Below, one piece after another: positions 19,944 through 30,829 of a DNA stretch of 52,619 nucleotides (its first letter is position 1; each line of letters begins with the position of its first letter). The stretch comes from a virus (lineage: Duplodnaviria > Caudoviricetes). The position numbers were made by a program, and so were the translations under genes. Under the pieces are notes generated by a model. The model did no database searches. It was not told the DNA's origin and was given only the letters and a program-made list of their open reading frames with translations. The stretch covers positions 1 to 52,619 of the IMG/VR virus record IMGVR_UViG_3300007516_000025. The stretch is one strand, 5' to 3'.

Positions 19944-22900
19944 TGTCTTTAAAAGATTTATTTAATAAAAAAGAAGTTGTTAATAATGTTGTAGAAGAAT
20001 TTTCTGAAATATATTCTTCTAATGAAATCAATACAGCAAATTCAATTATAAAACACAAAATATTACCAAATATTAATTTTAAAAACCCTGCTAATTTTGT
20101 TAAGTTTGGGTTTGCTGAAGAATATTATAAAAATTCTTTTAACTATATATTAGATTCTTTTCCATATGATGGAAGTAGAGAGCAAGAAATTGGGTGGCTC
20201 AATAATGCAACTTATTTGGATAAATTTATATTTAATGAAGTTCACACTAGATTTGTAGGTAGTCTATCGTTCGATGAACGTTCTGAATATAGTTTAATAC
20301 CAAGTGATCATATTGAAGGATTGTATTATAAATCAGCCACTCCAAATTACATAAAAATATATGGTGGATTAAATAAAAGTTTAGCGTATTCAGAATTTTC
20401 TGATAGCAGAATAAAGATAAACTATAAAGATGGTTTCACGTTTTCTTTTTATTATAAGTCGGAAGAAAGACCCCTTAATGATGGGGGTCTTCCATCTATC
20501 GACCGTGCCGACAAAGTAATATTTAACCTTGTCAATTCTGATAATAATATACCTTTAGAAAATAGAATTAATTTCATCGTAAAAGAATATTATTTTATCC
20601 AAAGTCCTCTACCAAGCGAATATCGACTAGAATATATATTCACAATAGAAAACAGTGAAGTAAAAAGAGGTTATTTACCTATTTCCCTAGACGACTGGAA
20701 TCATTATTCTTATACAATTGAATATGTAGATACACAATTTATTATTAAAACTTTTAAAAATGGCTTGAGAGTCAAAACGGATTATCAAAACTTTTCTAAT
20801 GATATGAATATTAGCGATAATTATGATTGTTATATTACTGGCACTATTGGTTGTTTATCCATCAATGATGGATATGTCGAAGAATATGGTTATGGTCAAT
20901 TATATGGAGCAAAAACTGACGAATTCAAAATTTACTCAAGATTAATTGATGAAGTAGAAATGAATAGTTCTTATAATTCTAGAGATTATTCTACATTAAA
21001 TAATACCAATAATAATAATAAATTATCATTATATTTTAAGTTTAATGAAGGTATAATTGGTGATGATATAAATGATTCAATTGTATTAGATTATTCAGGT
21101 AGAAAATCTAATTGTAAAATTGAAAATTATAGAAACAATAAATCTTTAGAATCTGGCTTGGTTTCAATGGGATTTATTGAATTTCAGGAACCTTGTTTAA
21201 ATCCCAATAACCAAAGCACTATTGAAGACATTAGTAAATATATATTAATTGGCAAAGTGTATGATTCTCAAAATTCATATACTCTTTTTAATACGTTTCC
21301 GAATTGGATACAAGAAGAGGATGAATTAACTTCAGATCATCTATTCTATTTGTGTCAAATACTTGCATCTCAACTAGATGAGATATATATGCAAATTAAG
21401 AATATGAATAAAATATCTAGTTTGCAATATAATAATACAGGCACGGAAAGTGAAGAAATATTATCCATTATGATTAACAGCTATGGATTGGATATTAAAG
21501 ACATTTTATCAAGTGTTTCGTTTGATGAATGGAATATGATTAAAAATGATGAATTCACATATGGTGCAACGATACAAAAGATTAAATCTGTATTGTATCG
21601 TAACTTATATAATAACTTAATTGATATTAATAAATCAAAAGGCACAAAAGAAAGCCTCCGAATGTTATTCAGAACGTTAGGGGTTCAAGATAATTTATAT
21701 AGTATTAATTTATATACCGACAATGATATCAACAAGGTCGAAGATTCGTTTGAAGTTGAAAACATAGAAAAAAAATATATAAACTTCAATAAACATGTAT
21801 TTGCTACATTTACTCCTGATGTAACTCACTATATTACGGGTAGTAACATAAGTACGGTCACACCAACATCAAATGATGATTATGGTATATCATATACATT
21901 TGAAACTAATTTCAAATTTCCGTATACTTTTTCTGAATACGACAAGCAGTATTCATACTATCCACAATCATTTTTAACATCATCTGTCTTTGGTTTTAAT
22001 TCACTTTTGGATGCTGGTAATTCATTAGAAACCGGCTCTTTAAGTGTCAACTTTGGAGTAAGTAGAGAAAATAGATATTCTGAATATGGTAGATTATTAT
22101 TGTACTCATCTTCATCGCTGGGCGAATCGTCTATATCATCTGACTTGATGAAGCTCTACAATGGCTCTAGATGGCAGTTTACGGCCACTCTCAGCCCGTC
22201 GGTACCTCTTTTGATATCAGCCATCGACTATGAAGTAACAGCCCCCTACAAGTGTACCCTGACAGCTATAAATGTAGACGAAATGTTTGACGATGTCATA
22301 TTATCGACAGATATCTCTATTAAATCATTTTGCGAAAATAAAACATTTTATGTAGGTGCAAAAAGAGAGAACACAAGTGGGAATATTTTAACAGCCTCTA
22401 TAGGTAAAATATATAATTTTAGAGGTTGGATGGGAGAACATGAATATAGTGACATCCATTCACGTTCGAAAAATATAAGTAACTTTGGAACGAACACCCC
22501 AAGTCGCAATATGTCTTTTGGTACATTTTTCTCTGGTTCTTACGTTCCGAACTTTGATAGCTTAATCTTTAATTGGGATTTTGAAAATGTAACTACAAGC
22601 GACGATAGTGGACTTGTTATGGTGGAAGATTTTTCTAAACCATACTCATATACGAACACTCGAACTTACCCAAAATATTTTACTGAAAATCTTTGTAAAA
22701 TAAATCAAGGACATGGAATAGGATTCCCAGCTTTGGAAAATACGGTTTTTGGTGTTGAATCTTTATCTATTCAAAAAAATAATACAATTGATAATATTTC
22801 TATCAATAACATTTCAATCATTGATAGTGATGATTTATTTTATAAAAGAATAACAAAACCTGTTGATAAGATTTTAACCGTAGAAAAAAATATTGCAGAT

Positions 22901-23359
22901 TCTATTAATAGAGAAATATTAAAATATTTCTCAAATATGCAACAATTATCGAATTGTTTTGGTTTTCCTTATGAAAAGTATAGAGAATCATATAAAGGAT
23001 TAGATAATATTAAGTTATTATTTTTCGAAAAAATGAATAATGATTTGATAGAGTATACTAGATTTTTAGATTTTTACAAATGGATAGATTTTTCAATGTT
23101 CTATTTAATTCAACAAATTATTCCGTTGTCGCTAGATAGCGGGCTTTATGGTAATTTTATTGAAAATCACGTATTAAAGAGAAATAAATTAAAATACCAT
23201 AAACTGTTTCAAAAAATTAATAAAAAAGAATTAAATAATGAATTTACTCTGTCATTACCTAATTTTTCAGAACTTAATTGGGATCAGACGAAAACAGGAC
23301 AATCACTAATTAATTTTGATTGGAACCCTTTAAATATTCCAAATAAAATAGGTCTATAA
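19943..23359 (+). CDS. Large baseplate/tail protein with LamG-like domains
   Basis: DDWNHYSYT, DEFKIYSR, LYFKFNEG..DYSG (LamG); KSKGTKESLRMLFRTLG (baseplate wedge KGT motif). Confidence 0.75.
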   Translation: MSLKDLFNKKEVVNNVVEEFSEIYSSNEINTANSIIKHKILPNINFKNPANFVKFGFAEEYYKNSFNYILDSFPYDGSREQEIGWLNNATYLDKFIFNEVHTRFVGSLSFDERSEYSLIPSDHIEGLYYKSATPNYIKIYGGLNKSLAYSEFSDSRIKINYKDGFTFSFYYKSEERPLNDGGLPSIDRADKVIFNLVNSDNNIPLENRINFIVKEYYFIQSPLPSEYRLEYIFTIENSEVKRGYLPISLDDWNHYSYTIEYVDTQFIIKTFKNGLRVKTDYQNFSNDMNISDNYDCYITGTIGCLSINDGYVEEYGYGQLYGAKTDEFKIYSRLIDEVEMNSSYNSRDYSTLNNTNNNNKLSLYFKFNEGIIGDDINDSIVLDYSGRKSNCKIENYRNNKSLESGLVSMGFIEFQEPCLNPNNQSTIEDISKYILIGKVYDSQNSYTLFNTFPNWIQEEDELTSDHLFYLCQILASQLDEIYMQIKNMNKISSLQYNNTGTESEEILSIMINSYGLDIKDILSSVSFDEWNMIKNDEFTYGATIQKIKSVLYRNLYNNLIDINKSKGTKESLRMLFRTLGVQDNLYSINLYTDNDINKVEDSFEVENIEKKYINFNKHVFATFTPDVTHYITGSNISTVTPTSNDDYGISYTFETNFKFPYTFSEYDKQYSYYPQSFLTSSVFGFNSLLDAGNSLETGSLSVNFGVSRENRYSEYGRLLLYSSSSLGESSISSDLMKLYNGSRWQFTATLSPSVPLLISAIDYEVTAPYKCTLTAINVDEMFDDVILSTDISIKSFCENKTFYVGAKRENTSGNILTASIGKIYNFRGWMGEHEYSDIHSRSKNISNFGTNTPSRNMSFGTFFSGSYVPNFDSLIFNWDFENVTTSDDSGLVMVEDFSKPYSYTNTRTYPKYFTENLCKINQGHGIGFPALENTVFGVESLSIQKNNTIDNISINNISIIDSDDLFYKRITKPVDKILTVEKNIADSINREILKYFSNMQQLSNCFGFPYEKYRESYKGLDNIKLLFFEKMNNDLIEYTRFLDFYKWIDFSMFYLIQQIIPLSLDSGLYGNFIENHVLKRNKLKYHKLFQKINKKELNNEFTLSLPNFSELNWDQTKTGQSLINFDWNPLNIPNKIGL

Positions 23360-26300
23360 TGATTAAAAAAGCACACACAGTTAAGGGATTCGTAGATGAT
23401 ATTGAAGTAATTACAGTTGAACCACTTTTAGAGACAAGTGGTAAACTAGAAAACATCAATACAATCAATGACGAATCTTTATATTTCGATATAAACAGAG
23501 AATTTTCCCCTGCGGAAAACCCAGAAGAAGAACCGTTATTTAACTCAAATAATACAGATTTTAATTTTCGGTATTTTCAACAGAACAAGTTAATGAACAA
23601 TTCCTCTGATTCTCAATTTTATGATGAGTTAAATCAGGTTTGGGTTCAAGAAATATTAAATACAGAACAAAAAATACTTGATTATAAAAATGATTTTAAT
23701 AATCAAATAGGTCAAATTAGTAAACCAGATGATGTGGAGTATTTTAATCAAATCGTAAATTCGAATCCGGTTAAAATGGGGCCTATTAAGAATTTTGGTG
23801 CATTAAAAAAAGATGGACTCACACCAATTCAGCGATATAATTTTAAAACAAATAATACGGTTGTGAAAATTATCAAAGATGAAAAATCAGGTGATTTTTA
23901 TATGTGTGGCACTTTTACTACTGTTAAAGGAGAAGCAATTTCTAAATTGTGTAAGGTTAATAAAAATGGAACAGTTGTTAACTTAAACATTAGTATACAT
24001 GGAGTAATTCTAGATATGGGTTTGCATGGTGATAATATTATCATCGTTGGGAAATTTACTGAAGTTAACGGTAATGATAGGGAAAATTTTGCCGTAATTA
24101 ACAAAAACACTTACGCCTTAACTGCTCATAAAATGGACACAAATAATGAAATTCATACAATTTCTATATATAATCAAAGAGGTTTCATTGTTGGTGCATT
24201 TACTGAAGTTGACAGTAATATTAGGAATAGGGTAGCATTTATAAATGTTGATGACTTTACGCTTAGATCAGACGTTCTAAACACAAATGATACTGTATTT
24301 GATTGTTTTATAGATCAAGCTCAAGACTTTTTATATCTTGCTGGAAAGTTTACTGACATTAATACACCAACACCAAATATTACTATATCTCCTACTCCCA
24401 CAGACGGAGGAACATATTATACTGTTGGAAATGTGTTGACTGTGACAGGTGGAGACGCAACTGTAACTGTCGTCTCAGCTATAACGACAGGGCCGATAAC
24501 TGGTTTTTACATAAACAATGGTGGTAATTTTTATGAAACTGGCGAAACCCTGACTGCTGGTAACGGTTCGTCTTTTACTGTTGATTCGGTGGATGGCATG
24601 GGTAGTATAACATCTTTAGGTATGATTAGCGGAGGTTCTGGGTTTGCTGGTGGTTGGAATATATATTCTCTAACATACACCGGTCCAGGATCCGGTGCGG
24701 ATGCTGAAATAGGTGCATATGGAGATGCCAGTGGTCAAATTACTGCTGTATCAATAAATTCACAACCTACAACATTCGGATATACTACAGGCGCTGGTAA
24801 AGCTACTACTGGTGGCTCTGGTTTTGGTGGTACAATTAATATTTTAACTTCCACATTACCAAATGCAACCTTGTATTATTGCGCAAGAGTGACGTTAGCA
24901 ACAATGTTAGTAGATTATTCTTGGATACCGCAATTTAATAATTTTGTTTATAATATATGTGATAATGGTGTGTCTTTTTTTTCTGCATCTGGAGATTTTA
25001 CCACTATAAATTCAAACAATTGCGGTAAAACAGCCATTATTAAAAAAGGTGCATTTTCAACATATGTTAAAATTTCTGATAATGCTGCTAATTCTTTATA
25101 TTTTTATGATGATATCTCTTATTTTTCCGGTCGTACCCTTGATTCGGCTGGTAATGATAATAAGTTGTTTGTATCATATGATAATGGAACACAAGAGTTT
25201 ATAAATAATGATATATTTTTTAAAAGAATATCATATTCCGTTTTAACTACGGCAGGCAAAAGAATGGCCTTGTTTGTAGATGAAGAAAATATATTTCTAA
25301 ATTTTGTACATAATGAATTTGGTAATTTTCAAAATGTTGAACCTTTAATAAATCAAAAAGATTATGAAATTTATTCAATTGGAGACAATGCTTTAGTAAA
25401 ATCCTTAAATAACAAAGGTATTTATAGAGTTGGTAGTGAAGAATATTATGAAAAATATGTGGATCACTATGCAGGTTATGTCGATTTTGATATAGAAGAT
25501 AATTCCACTTTAAGATTTGATTTATTTAGACAATTATATAATAATAAAGAAATTAATCTTTATACCAATAAATCAAATCAAGATACAACCATTTTGAAAA
25601 CAATTGTTAAAAATAAAAATATCAAAAATGTTAAAGTTGTTCAAAAAGTGTTTCCTTTTGAACACGAGAATTTTTCCAATCATAGAGAAGATTTTATATT
25701 CGGAGATTGGAAAGATTATTTATTTGATAAATATGAAAAATATAGTTATATATTAGAAGGATTGACCGAATTTAATTATGATAATTATAGGTTAATGTCT
25801 GAAAATACACCCTATAAATATACGTCTTATAATCCTTTAGGTATAAAATCTAAATGGCCACTTGAAAGTATTTATATTAAAAAAGGAGTTGAGGCATATA
25901 ATTTTTATTTTGGCGAATTAACCTATAACGATACCGGGAGTCTTGATCAACAAATAAGAGATTTTGATTTCAATGTTCCTGTAAATTTATCGTTTGATGG
26001 ATTTTCTCTTTCGTATTCTGTAAACAAAATTTCTTCCGACGATCCATCTTTTTTTACAGATACTGCTGTTGTTGAGTTTAGTGATATTTTTCCGAAATCC
26101 AACTCTAAGCCATTTTTTAACTCTGAAGAAGAATTTTCTATATTTATGAAAAAGAAATATAGAAAATATTCTACTATTATGGAGTATAATTCATCTGAAC
26201 ATATAGATGAATTATTAAATAACGAACAAATAATTAATATTTTTACTTTAACCGGCTCTATTAACAATCAGTTAGATTTCAAAATTAATAAAATTGTCGA

Positions 26301-28011
26301 TAAAAATATTAAAAAAATTGATTTTATATTTGAATATAATGAATTGTTTAGACCATATGAAGAGATTTATCCATTACAACAAGGTTTGAAATTAGCTGCA
26401 ATATTATCTGACACTTTAAATGGAAATGCAGTTCAAATGTCATATTTTTATAGACCTGGAATATTCTGGAATAGTTTAATGCATAGTCTTCCTATTCATG
26501 AATCAACTCCGCTGGCGGCAGGAAATTTACCAATAGATTTAATTGATTTAACTGATGACGATTATAATGATAAAATTTTAGATAATATTGAAAGAATCCC
26601 ATTTGATACCATTTATAACCCATTAAAATATCTATTTGATAAATCGAACAGAGTAATCGGCCAACCTACATTATCCATCTTTAGTAGTGGTACCACTCAA
26701 GGTTATTCTAGCGTTGAGTATGATAACCTTGACGATTATTCTTTTGATGAAAAATATAGCACCATTATACAAGGGTTTTATTCTGGTATTAATGATTTCT
26801 TTTTAAAAAATGAAAAAAAAGTTAGTATAAACAGTAAATTAGAAAATGAGCTTCCTGTATTTTACACAGAAAATACATATGGTATGAAAATATCAATCAG
26901 AAGAAATGTTGAAAATATAAATAATGTTGTTGTAGGTGATTGTGGTCCATCTTTTTGGGTGAATAATGGCGGTCTCCCATGGCAAGAAATTTCTCCTATG
27001 CATTTTCCTATTTATATGAGTATAATCAGTATTGGACCAAAAACTATTGGACCCGAAGAATTAATTAATTTTAAAATTGTTTTCAATCCACTGGAAACGA
27101 GAAAGTATACTTTCTCTGAGATATTTGACTACGCCACTGGTACGTTTTTATCCACTAAACAAATTGAGACAAGCGATCATAACCATTTGCAGAATATTCA
27201 ATCTTGCATGGACATTTTTAATTTTGAAAAAGTTGATCAAACTCTAAAGTGGACCCCTACTTTGAAACAAGAGTTTCCATTTCTTGATCATAGCGATATT
27301 AACTCAGGTAATCCAATCGCCAGTGAAAATATAGATCCCTCAAATATTTACGGTATTAGTGATTTAAAAGGATATATGAGAAATTATGGTAAATTAAGTG
27401 AAGGTGGTCTATATATAGAAATTTCAGATATATTAGGTAATACAAAAGATAAAAACAACAATAATATTATAGTCACTGATTCACTAGCTGATGCGTTTGG
27501 TATAAATAAAGAAAATATTCCATTAGGTAAACTGAAAGATTCTAAAGAAATTAGCGAATTAGTATGTTTAGTTCCTTATGATATTAAATCAGAAAAAAAT
27601 ATATCGATTGATATAAAAAGCAAAAATTATTTGGATAATTTTAAATATTTTGACAAATATATATTTCCTGAAAAATATGATTATGTTACAGGCACACCAT
27701 CTCCATATCTTTTTTATGCATTTGAATGTGCTGCATCTTTAAGTACGCTAGATTTGAGTCATATTTGGCAAAATGTAATGCCTTCTCAATCATTTACCTT
27801 TAAAGAGGGTAAATTAATATTGTCAGAAAATAATGCAGACATATGCAAAAAAATATCTCAACCAAATATAAAATGGCAAATATTCAAAGTTAAAAGAAGA
27901 GCTAAAATTAACAATGGAAAAACCTCTAATTATAATTGGCCATATGATTTCTTTAGTATCGTTGAATGTGGTGCTCTATCTGTTGAAACGGAATTTGAGG
28001 ACAATGAATAA
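23359..28011 (+). CDS. Large virion protein with beta-propeller and Gly-rich inserted domain
   Basis: Repeats xGxFTxV (CGTFTTV, VGKFTEV, VGAFTEV, AGKFTDI, SGDFTTI); C-terminal FKVKRRA..YNWPYDFFSIVE. Confidence 0.75.
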   Translation: MIKKAHTVKGFVDDIEVITVEPLLETSGKLENINTINDESLYFDINREFSPAENPEEEPLFNSNNTDFNFRYFQQNKLMNNSSDSQFYDELNQVWVQEILNTEQKILDYKNDFNNQIGQISKPDDVEYFNQIVNSNPVKMGPIKNFGALKKDGLTPIQRYNFKTNNTVVKIIKDEKSGDFYMCGTFTTVKGEAISKLCKVNKNGTVVNLNISIHGVILDMGLHGDNIIIVGKFTEVNGNDRENFAVINKNTYALTAHKMDTNNEIHTISIYNQRGFIVGAFTEVDSNIRNRVAFINVDDFTLRSDVLNTNDTVFDCFIDQAQDFLYLAGKFTDINTPTPNITISPTPTDGGTYYTVGNVLTVTGGDATVTVVSAITTGPITGFYINNGGNFYETGETLTAGNGSSFTVDSVDGMGSITSLGMISGGSGFAGGWNIYSLTYTGPGSGADAEIGAYGDASGQITAVSINSQPTTFGYTTGAGKATTGGSGFGGTINILTSTLPNATLYYCARVTLATMLVDYSWIPQFNNFVYNICDNGVSFFSASGDFTTINSNNCGKTAIIKKGAFSTYVKISDNAANSLYFYDDISYFSGRTLDSAGNDNKLFVSYDNGTQEFINNDIFFKRISYSVLTTAGKRMALFVDEENIFLNFVHNEFGNFQNVEPLINQKDYEIYSIGDNALVKSLNNKGIYRVGSEEYYEKYVDHYAGYVDFDIEDNSTLRFDLFRQLYNNKEINLYTNKSNQDTTILKTIVKNKNIKNVKVVQKVFPFEHENFSNHREDFIFGDWKDYLFDKYEKYSYILEGLTEFNYDNYRLMSENTPYKYTSYNPLGIKSKWPLESIYIKKGVEAYNFYFGELTYNDTGSLDQQIRDFDFNVPVNLSFDGFSLSYSVNKISSDDPSFFTDTAVVEFSDIFPKSNSKPFFNSEEEFSIFMKKKYRKYSTIMEYNSSEHIDELLNNEQIINIFTLTGSINNQLDFKINKIVDKNIKKIDFIFEYNELFRPYEEIYPLQQGLKLAAILSDTLNGNAVQMSYFYRPGIFWNSLMHSLPIHESTPLAAGNLPIDLIDLTDDDYNDKILDNIERIPFDTIYNPLKYLFDKSNRVIGQPTLSIFSSGTTQGYSSVEYDNLDDYSFDEKYSTIIQGFYSGINDFFLKNEKKVSINSKLENELPVFYTENTYGMKISIRRNVENINNVVVGDCGPSFWVNNGGLPWQEISPMHFPIYMSIISIGPKTIGPEELINFKIVFNPLETRKYTFSEIFDYATGTFLSTKQIETSDHNHLQNIQSCMDIFNFEKVDQTLKWTPTLKQEFPFLDHSDINSGNPIASENIDPSNIYGISDLKGYMRNYGKLSEGGLYIEISDILGNTKDKNNNNIIVTDSLADAFGINKENIPLGKLKDSKEISELVCLVPYDIKSEKNISIDIKSKNYLDNFKYFDKYIFPEKYDYVTGTPSPYLFYAFECAASLSTLDLSHIWQNVMPSQSFTFKEGKLILSENNADICKKISQPNIKWQIFKVKRRAKINNGKTSNYNWPYDFFSIVECGALSVETEFEDNE

Positions 28012-28754
28012 TGACATTTTTAAACAATAAAGAAGATATATTACATATTGAACTAACTGATTATGGGAAAGAGAAATTTATTAATGGAAAATTTTCTCCA
28101 TATTATTATTCATTTTCTGATAGAGATATCGTTTATTCAGGTGTTGAAAAATATGTTGGGGATTTAGCAGGTAAAAACAGAAGAATATCACACACTCCTA
28201 GAATTTTATGTTATAAAAATAATTCTAGCACTCTAGGTAATTCAGAGCCATCAAATAAACATAAGCCATCCTTCAATATAAAAGTCATTAAAGGAAACAT
28301 CGTTGATCAGGTAACCAGAACATTAACAGAAGATTTTTCTAATAATACTTTTACAGTTACAATTGAAGCAGAAGATTTTTATAATTTTGATACAGATAGT
28401 TTAGAGTTTTCTTCCTCTATATTACTTGAAATAACAGAAGAAAACTCCTTATTCCAGAAACATAATTTTGATATTGAAGTTTTTAGAATACAAAAAACCG
28501 ATTTAAATTTTCCATTAGTACATACTTTAGAGTTTTTATCTAATAGAAGTGTTGAATTTTCAAGTGCATTTTTTTCAGAAGAAGAAGAAGAAATTACTTT
28601 TCACGAAGACATGCCTGTAGTAAATCCATCTGTGGTTGAATATTTTCTCAATATAAGCGTAGACAAAGAAATTTTATCTAGTTATGCATATGATAATAAT
28701 CTAAATATTGACGAATTGAACCTTAATATCGACGAGGAAATTATTAATTGCTAG
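28011..28754 (+). CDS. Tail-associated protein; N-terminus paralogous to 33612
   Basis: MTFLNNKEDILHIELTDYGKEKFINGKF..YSFSDRDIVY. Confidence 0.7.
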   Translation: MTFLNNKEDILHIELTDYGKEKFINGKFSPYYYSFSDRDIVYSGVEKYVGDLAGKNRRISHTPRILCYKNNSSTLGNSEPSNKHKPSFNIKVIKGNIVDQVTRTLTEDFSNNTFTVTIEAEDFYNFDTDSLEFSSSILLEITEENSLFQKHNFDIEVFRIQKTDLNFPLVHTLEFLSNRSVEFSSAFFSEEEEEITFHEDMPVVNPSVVEYFLNISVDKEILSSYAYDNNLNIDELNLNIDEEIINC

Positions 28755-30826
28755 AACTAGATAAAATTTTTGGGTATAATATTAGTAAAATTTATATTGA
28801 CGATATTGTTAGTATTGATATTGAATTTTATAGTTTTGACAGTAAATATACAGATATATTATCTGGTGTTGAATTGGTTGTGAAGCTATGTTCTGATAAA
28901 AATTTAGTTCAAGATACAATCTTAAACGTACAGAACAATAATTTGACTCAATTTAAGAACAATCGCACAACATTTAAAAAGTCTCAAGTAATTGAGACAA
29001 CTAAGACATTCAATTTGTTTGATATTTTTTCAAGTAAGCCTCTTCTCATAAATGGAATAAATGTTTATAAAACAAGTCATAAATTTGACATGGAAACAAA
29101 AGAAGATCTTTATATCTTCAGTAAATTGAACCTTATACAAGATAATATAAGGGCAATTGGTAATTTAAAATTAAAAACATCTGACAGTGTTAAGTTTGAA
29201 AAGATTAAAGAAAATAAACAAACTGTATCAAACAAGTATATTGATACTCAGATATACGAAGATATACTTTTAAGTATGTCTGAAAAATTATTATTAAAGC
29301 CAGAGAAATATGATGAAAAAAATCGACTAATACAAGAAGTATTAGTCGATATAGATTCAGATAAAGAAAAGCAAGTTTATTTCGTGTTTAATTTTGATGA
29401 AATATTTTCACAAAGCAGATTCGCAAATCTGCTTGAGTTTAAATATTTTAACAATTTATTAGAAACATATATAAAGTCTGGTTCTTACAAAATCGAAACA
29501 AATATAGGCAAGAGCGATCTTAATGTTTATTTGGGTAATTTTAGGAAATGTATATCATACACTGTCGTAGATGAAAGAGAAGTCAATTTAAGTATTTACG
29601 TAAAAGATATATTATATGACAGTATACAGGAAATTTATAATAAATCTATCAAGTATTATGAATCTCTAGAAGAACTAAATCACTTATTAAACAACAAAAA
29701 AAATTACAATAATACTCTTGATATATTTACAAGTAATTTCTATAAATCATTCAACTCAGAAGAACTTGTCTCTGTTGTAAATGGCATATTTGAATTTTGT
29801 GAAATATTTGAAATCAATATCGATAAGAATAGTTTATTATCAATATTAAACAACAAGGTATTTAATAAAAAACTATTAGAAAGCCTAATATCTTTTTATG
29901 ATAAATTAACATCAAAGTTATCCTTTTCTCTAAATCCATCTAGATCATCTAATACTATAGAAAATTCATTTAATTATAAACCAATATTTAGAGACAATTT
30001 ATTCTATAAGGTTAGCGATTTTAAGACAATAGAGTTTTCTGACTTATTACAAAATTACACAGAACATTTAGACAAATATTCAATAAGTGAAAGCTCTGAA
30101 TTATTTTATTATTCTTCCGAATTTGTCTTTTCTAATTCAACGTTTTTTTCAGTATTTGACACTTCAAATAAAGAAATTGATAAAATTTTTATTAATTTAC
30201 TTTGTAGTAACAAATTTGATAAAGACGAATTTTATAAACTTATGAATATTCTAAAGTTATATAATTTTGATTTTGAAACCCTTTCTGTTAGTGATTCTTA
30301 CAAAAATCCTGTCATTACTTTAAATAGAAAAACAGATTTTGACAAAACACTTATTAAAAAATCAGATAATTCTACTTTGAGAGACGTAATTATAAATATT
30401 ATTTTTGAGCTGTTCTTCGAGCAACTTCAAAAAACAGCTCAAGGTGAAGATTCCTTGCCACTTCAATCTGTTGACTCTGTCGGTACTTTTGCTGATTATG
30501 TTAAATATAAGAAATTATTTGTAATTGAATTTTATGAACCAATTAAAAATATGTGGATTCCGCTTTCCAATAAAACAAATATTTTTAATTCTTTACTTTG
30601 TAGATATGTGCCTTATTATAATGATTCTATAGGTATACCTTATAATAAAAATGATATTAATGATATATTTAATAAATATTTTATTATAAACACTGATAGT
30701 TATAGAAAACCAGATGTTGTTAAGAGAATATCCATAAAAAACAATGAAATTATTGTACCTAGCTTTAATAATAAAACACAAGAGATTGCCAATAATTTGA
30801 AACTTATAAAAAGAGGCAGGATTTAA
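28748..30826 (+). CDS. Hypothetical protein (probable structural)
   Basis: 692-aa ORF with TTG start (start uncertain). Confidence 0.75.
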   Translation: MLELDKIFGYNISKIYIDDIVSIDIEFYSFDSKYTDILSGVELVVKLCSDKNLVQDTILNVQNNNLTQFKNNRTTFKKSQVIETTKTFNLFDIFSSKPLLINGINVYKTSHKFDMETKEDLYIFSKLNLIQDNIRAIGNLKLKTSDSVKFEKIKENKQTVSNKYIDTQIYEDILLSMSEKLLLKPEKYDEKNRLIQEVLVDIDSDKEKQVYFVFNFDEIFSQSRFANLLEFKYFNNLLETYIKSGSYKIETNIGKSDLNVYLGNFRKCISYTVVDEREVNLSIYVKDILYDSIQEIYNKSIKYYESLEELNHLLNNKKNYNNTLDIFTSNFYKSFNSEELVSVVNGIFEFCEIFEINIDKNSLLSILNNKVFNKKLLESLISFYDKLTSKLSFSLNPSRSSNTIENSFNYKPIFRDNLFYKVSDFKTIEFSDLLQNYTEHLDKYSISESSELFYYSSEFVFSNSTFFSVFDTSNKEIDKIFINLLCSNKFDKDEFYKLMNILKLYNFDFETLSVSDSYKNPVITLNRKTDFDKTLIKKSDNSTLRDVIINIIFELFFEQLQKTAQGEDSLPLQSVDSVGTFADYVKYKKLFVIEFYEPIKNMWIPLSNKTNIFNSLLCRYVPYYNDSIGIPYNKNDINDIFNKYFIINTDSYRKPDVVKRISIKNNEIIVPSFNNKTQEIANNLKLIKRGRI

Positions 30827-30829
30827 TTT

